DNA from: Paramoeba atlantica
Taxonomy: Eukaryota; Protista; Discosea
Assembly: GCA_977017575.1 (NCBI GenBank)
Contig: CDRNVI010000003.1
Coordinates: 248,001-312,000, forward strand
Reading direction: 5' to 3'
DNA: 64,000 bases
Part shown: piece after piece, positions 62,432-64,000 of the stretch
Layout: every line of letters begins with the position of its first letter
Position numbering within the stretch: position 1 is the stretch's first letter
Made by a program: the position numbers and the translations under genes
The notes under the pieces: generated by a model
Told to the model about the DNA's origin: nothing
Databases searched by the model: none
What the model saw: the letters and a program-made list of their open reading frames with translations, nothing else

Positions 62432-63982
62432 CTAGCGATCAGCATCCTCCCGAACTTCTATGCAGTCAGTACATCGAATGTCAAACTCTCGCATAAGGTC
62501 TTCTACTTGCTTGTCCTCTAAGGTAGTCTTGTTTTCTTTTCTACATGATGTGCCAGCACATTCGTCGGAAGACAATGAAAGATGAGACCTTCCCACTGCC
62601 ACATGATTCAAACTTTTATGTGTGCCAATTCTCAAAGATAGCTCAAAATGTAATTTCCGCAGAGAGTCAACAAGCGCACAATTTTCATTTAATAGAAAAT
62701 ATAATTTCTGCACAAGACACTCTTGCATGAGCTGAGAAAGCGCAGAACTTTTACCAATGGTGCTCAGTTCACCAATCCTATTTTCGAGTTCCTTTCTTTC
62801 TTTCTGTTGAAGTAGAAGACTTTCTTTCATAAATTTATTCTGAGTTTCCAGTTGCCATTCCTGATTACTCGTAGAACACGCAAGTTGAAAGACGTTATTC
62901 TCGAATTCGACAGGGGTGCTTCGGGTAATTTTTTCTAACTCAACATATTCCTCATAGGGAAACTCATACAGTGCTCGGATATAATCTACATCTGTCCCGC
63001 ATGATATGCTGCACTCATTTTTTCGGTGGATTGTGATCGGACATGGATATTGGGTGTTTAAAGTGATGTCCAGATTTTTCGAATTCGCGGTGAGAGTTTT
63101 GCTCATTACTTTCAAGTCGTGATCACGAGTCATGAGCAGTGCACGCAGATTTTCGCATTCGTTAGGTGATGTGCAGATCTCAACGTCTCTCGTTTCGCGC
63201 TCGTAAGGAGGTGTTTGCATGAGTTCTTGAAACACTCGGCAAAGTGGTTTTATTCGCGGTGTGATGGACGCAATTTCGCTTGGAAAATGTGTTTCTAATT
63301 GATGTGTACCAGAATGTTCGTATTGAGTCTGAGTAGACCGAGTTTCGTTTTTAGACGGTAGACGATTGCTCTGTACTTCAATTTCTAATTCTGCGCATCG
63401 CTTAGTCATACTATTTACCTTTTGCTCGAGAGAAGTCTTCATATTATTGAATTCATCACGTTCCTCGTCGAAAGTGGCAACTACCTCATAAAAGGCTTCG
63501 CGTTCAATTTTTAAGCTCAGATGGGAGCGATCACCTTCCGAAATTGCTGTAACTGACAAGTCAGGGGTTAAGGAATTAGTTTTCTCCACCAATGTGTCAG
63601 AAATAAGATCACTTCTAGGAGTTGAAATGGTGGTAATCTTCTCCTTTTCGGAAATATCTAAGTCGCATTTTCGTGATCTTTCTAAAGCAAAGCCAATACT
63701 CAATTGATGGTGTTCCGTAGAATTTTCTTTCTCATTTTTTTGCGTGTTACTGTTTTCAAGAGGCGAATTCTCTGACGTTTCTTGTAGGGCGTCAGTTCTT
63801 GTGGATAAAAAATTCTCCGAGGAACTTAGCTGATCGGCTATGTCAGAAATGGATGTAGACTTGGGAAAATTGATGTCTTCAGTGGATTTTGGTTGCGGTA
63901 GTTGCGGAGTCGTCATGCCGCGTGACATAGTATCGAGCTCGAAAAAAGTGTCAATGGCCATATGGGGTTGAGAACTAGCCAA
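62432..63982 (-). CDS. Coiled-coil hypothetical protein (5' end may lie beyond the window)
   Basis: 516-aa ORF rich in S/E/T with heptads. The frame stays open to position 64000; first ATG at 63961. Confidence 0.65.
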   Translation of the reverse strand: MASSQPHMAIDTFFELDTMSRGMTTPQLPQPKSTEDINFPKSTSISDIADQLSSSENFLSTRTDALQETSENSPLENSNTQKNEKENSTEHHQLSIGFALERSRKCDLDISEKEKITTISTPRSDLISDTLVEKTNSLTPDLSVTAISEGDRSHLSLKIEREAFYEVVATFDEERDEFNNMKTSLEQKVNSMTKRCAELEIEVQSNRLPSKNETRSTQTQYEHSGTHQLETHFPSEIASITPRIKPLCRVFQELMQTPPYERETRDVEICTSPNECENLRALLMTRDHDLKVMSKTLTANSKNLDITLNTQYPCPITIHRKNECSISCGTDVDYIRALYEFPYEEYVELEKITRSTPVEFENNVFQLACSTSNQEWQLETQNKFMKESLLLQQKERKELENRIGELSTIGKSSALSQLMQECLVQKLYFLLNENCALVDSLRKLHFELSLRIGTHKSLNHVAVGRSHLSLSSDECAGTSCRKENKTTLEDKQVEDLMREFDIRCTDCIEVREDADR

Positions 63983-64000
63983 CGGAAGGTCAGAATTAGC

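Overview
Eukaryotic, intronless, gene-dense window. Every recognisable host gene (about 25, 5.2-64 kb) is on the minus strand with short intergenic gaps, consistent with one kinetoplastid-type polycistronic unit. A Perkinsela-like prokinetoplastid is my inference from architecture, gene set and Merlin elements; I could not confirm it by search. Host genes include a CDK/CRK kinase, MSH5, PP4 catalytic subunit, DHHC palmitoyltransferase, SDA1, METTL18/HPM1-like methyltransferase, TBC Rab-GAP, ALG3, RluA-type pseudouridine synthase, cytochrome b5, a double-length mitochondrial carrier, an M29-like aminopeptidase, a vacuolar H+-pyrophosphatase and nine members of a small plant-type LRR family. The mobilome is rich and heavily nested: Merlin-type elements with 8-bp TSDs; Tc1 elements with DD35E, DD32E and DD34E triads; a 3.3-kb pogo (DD30D) element with a C-terminal Ulp1/C48 protease; a shredded tyrosine-recombinase retroelement (YR before RT-RNase H); a tRNA-headed SINE with TSD; and many MITEs. 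A separate signal is four GC-rich islands about 9-12 kb apart, each flipping from C-rich to G-rich on the plus strand and overprinting ORFs. All calls come from manual motif reading and alignment by eye; no database searches were run.
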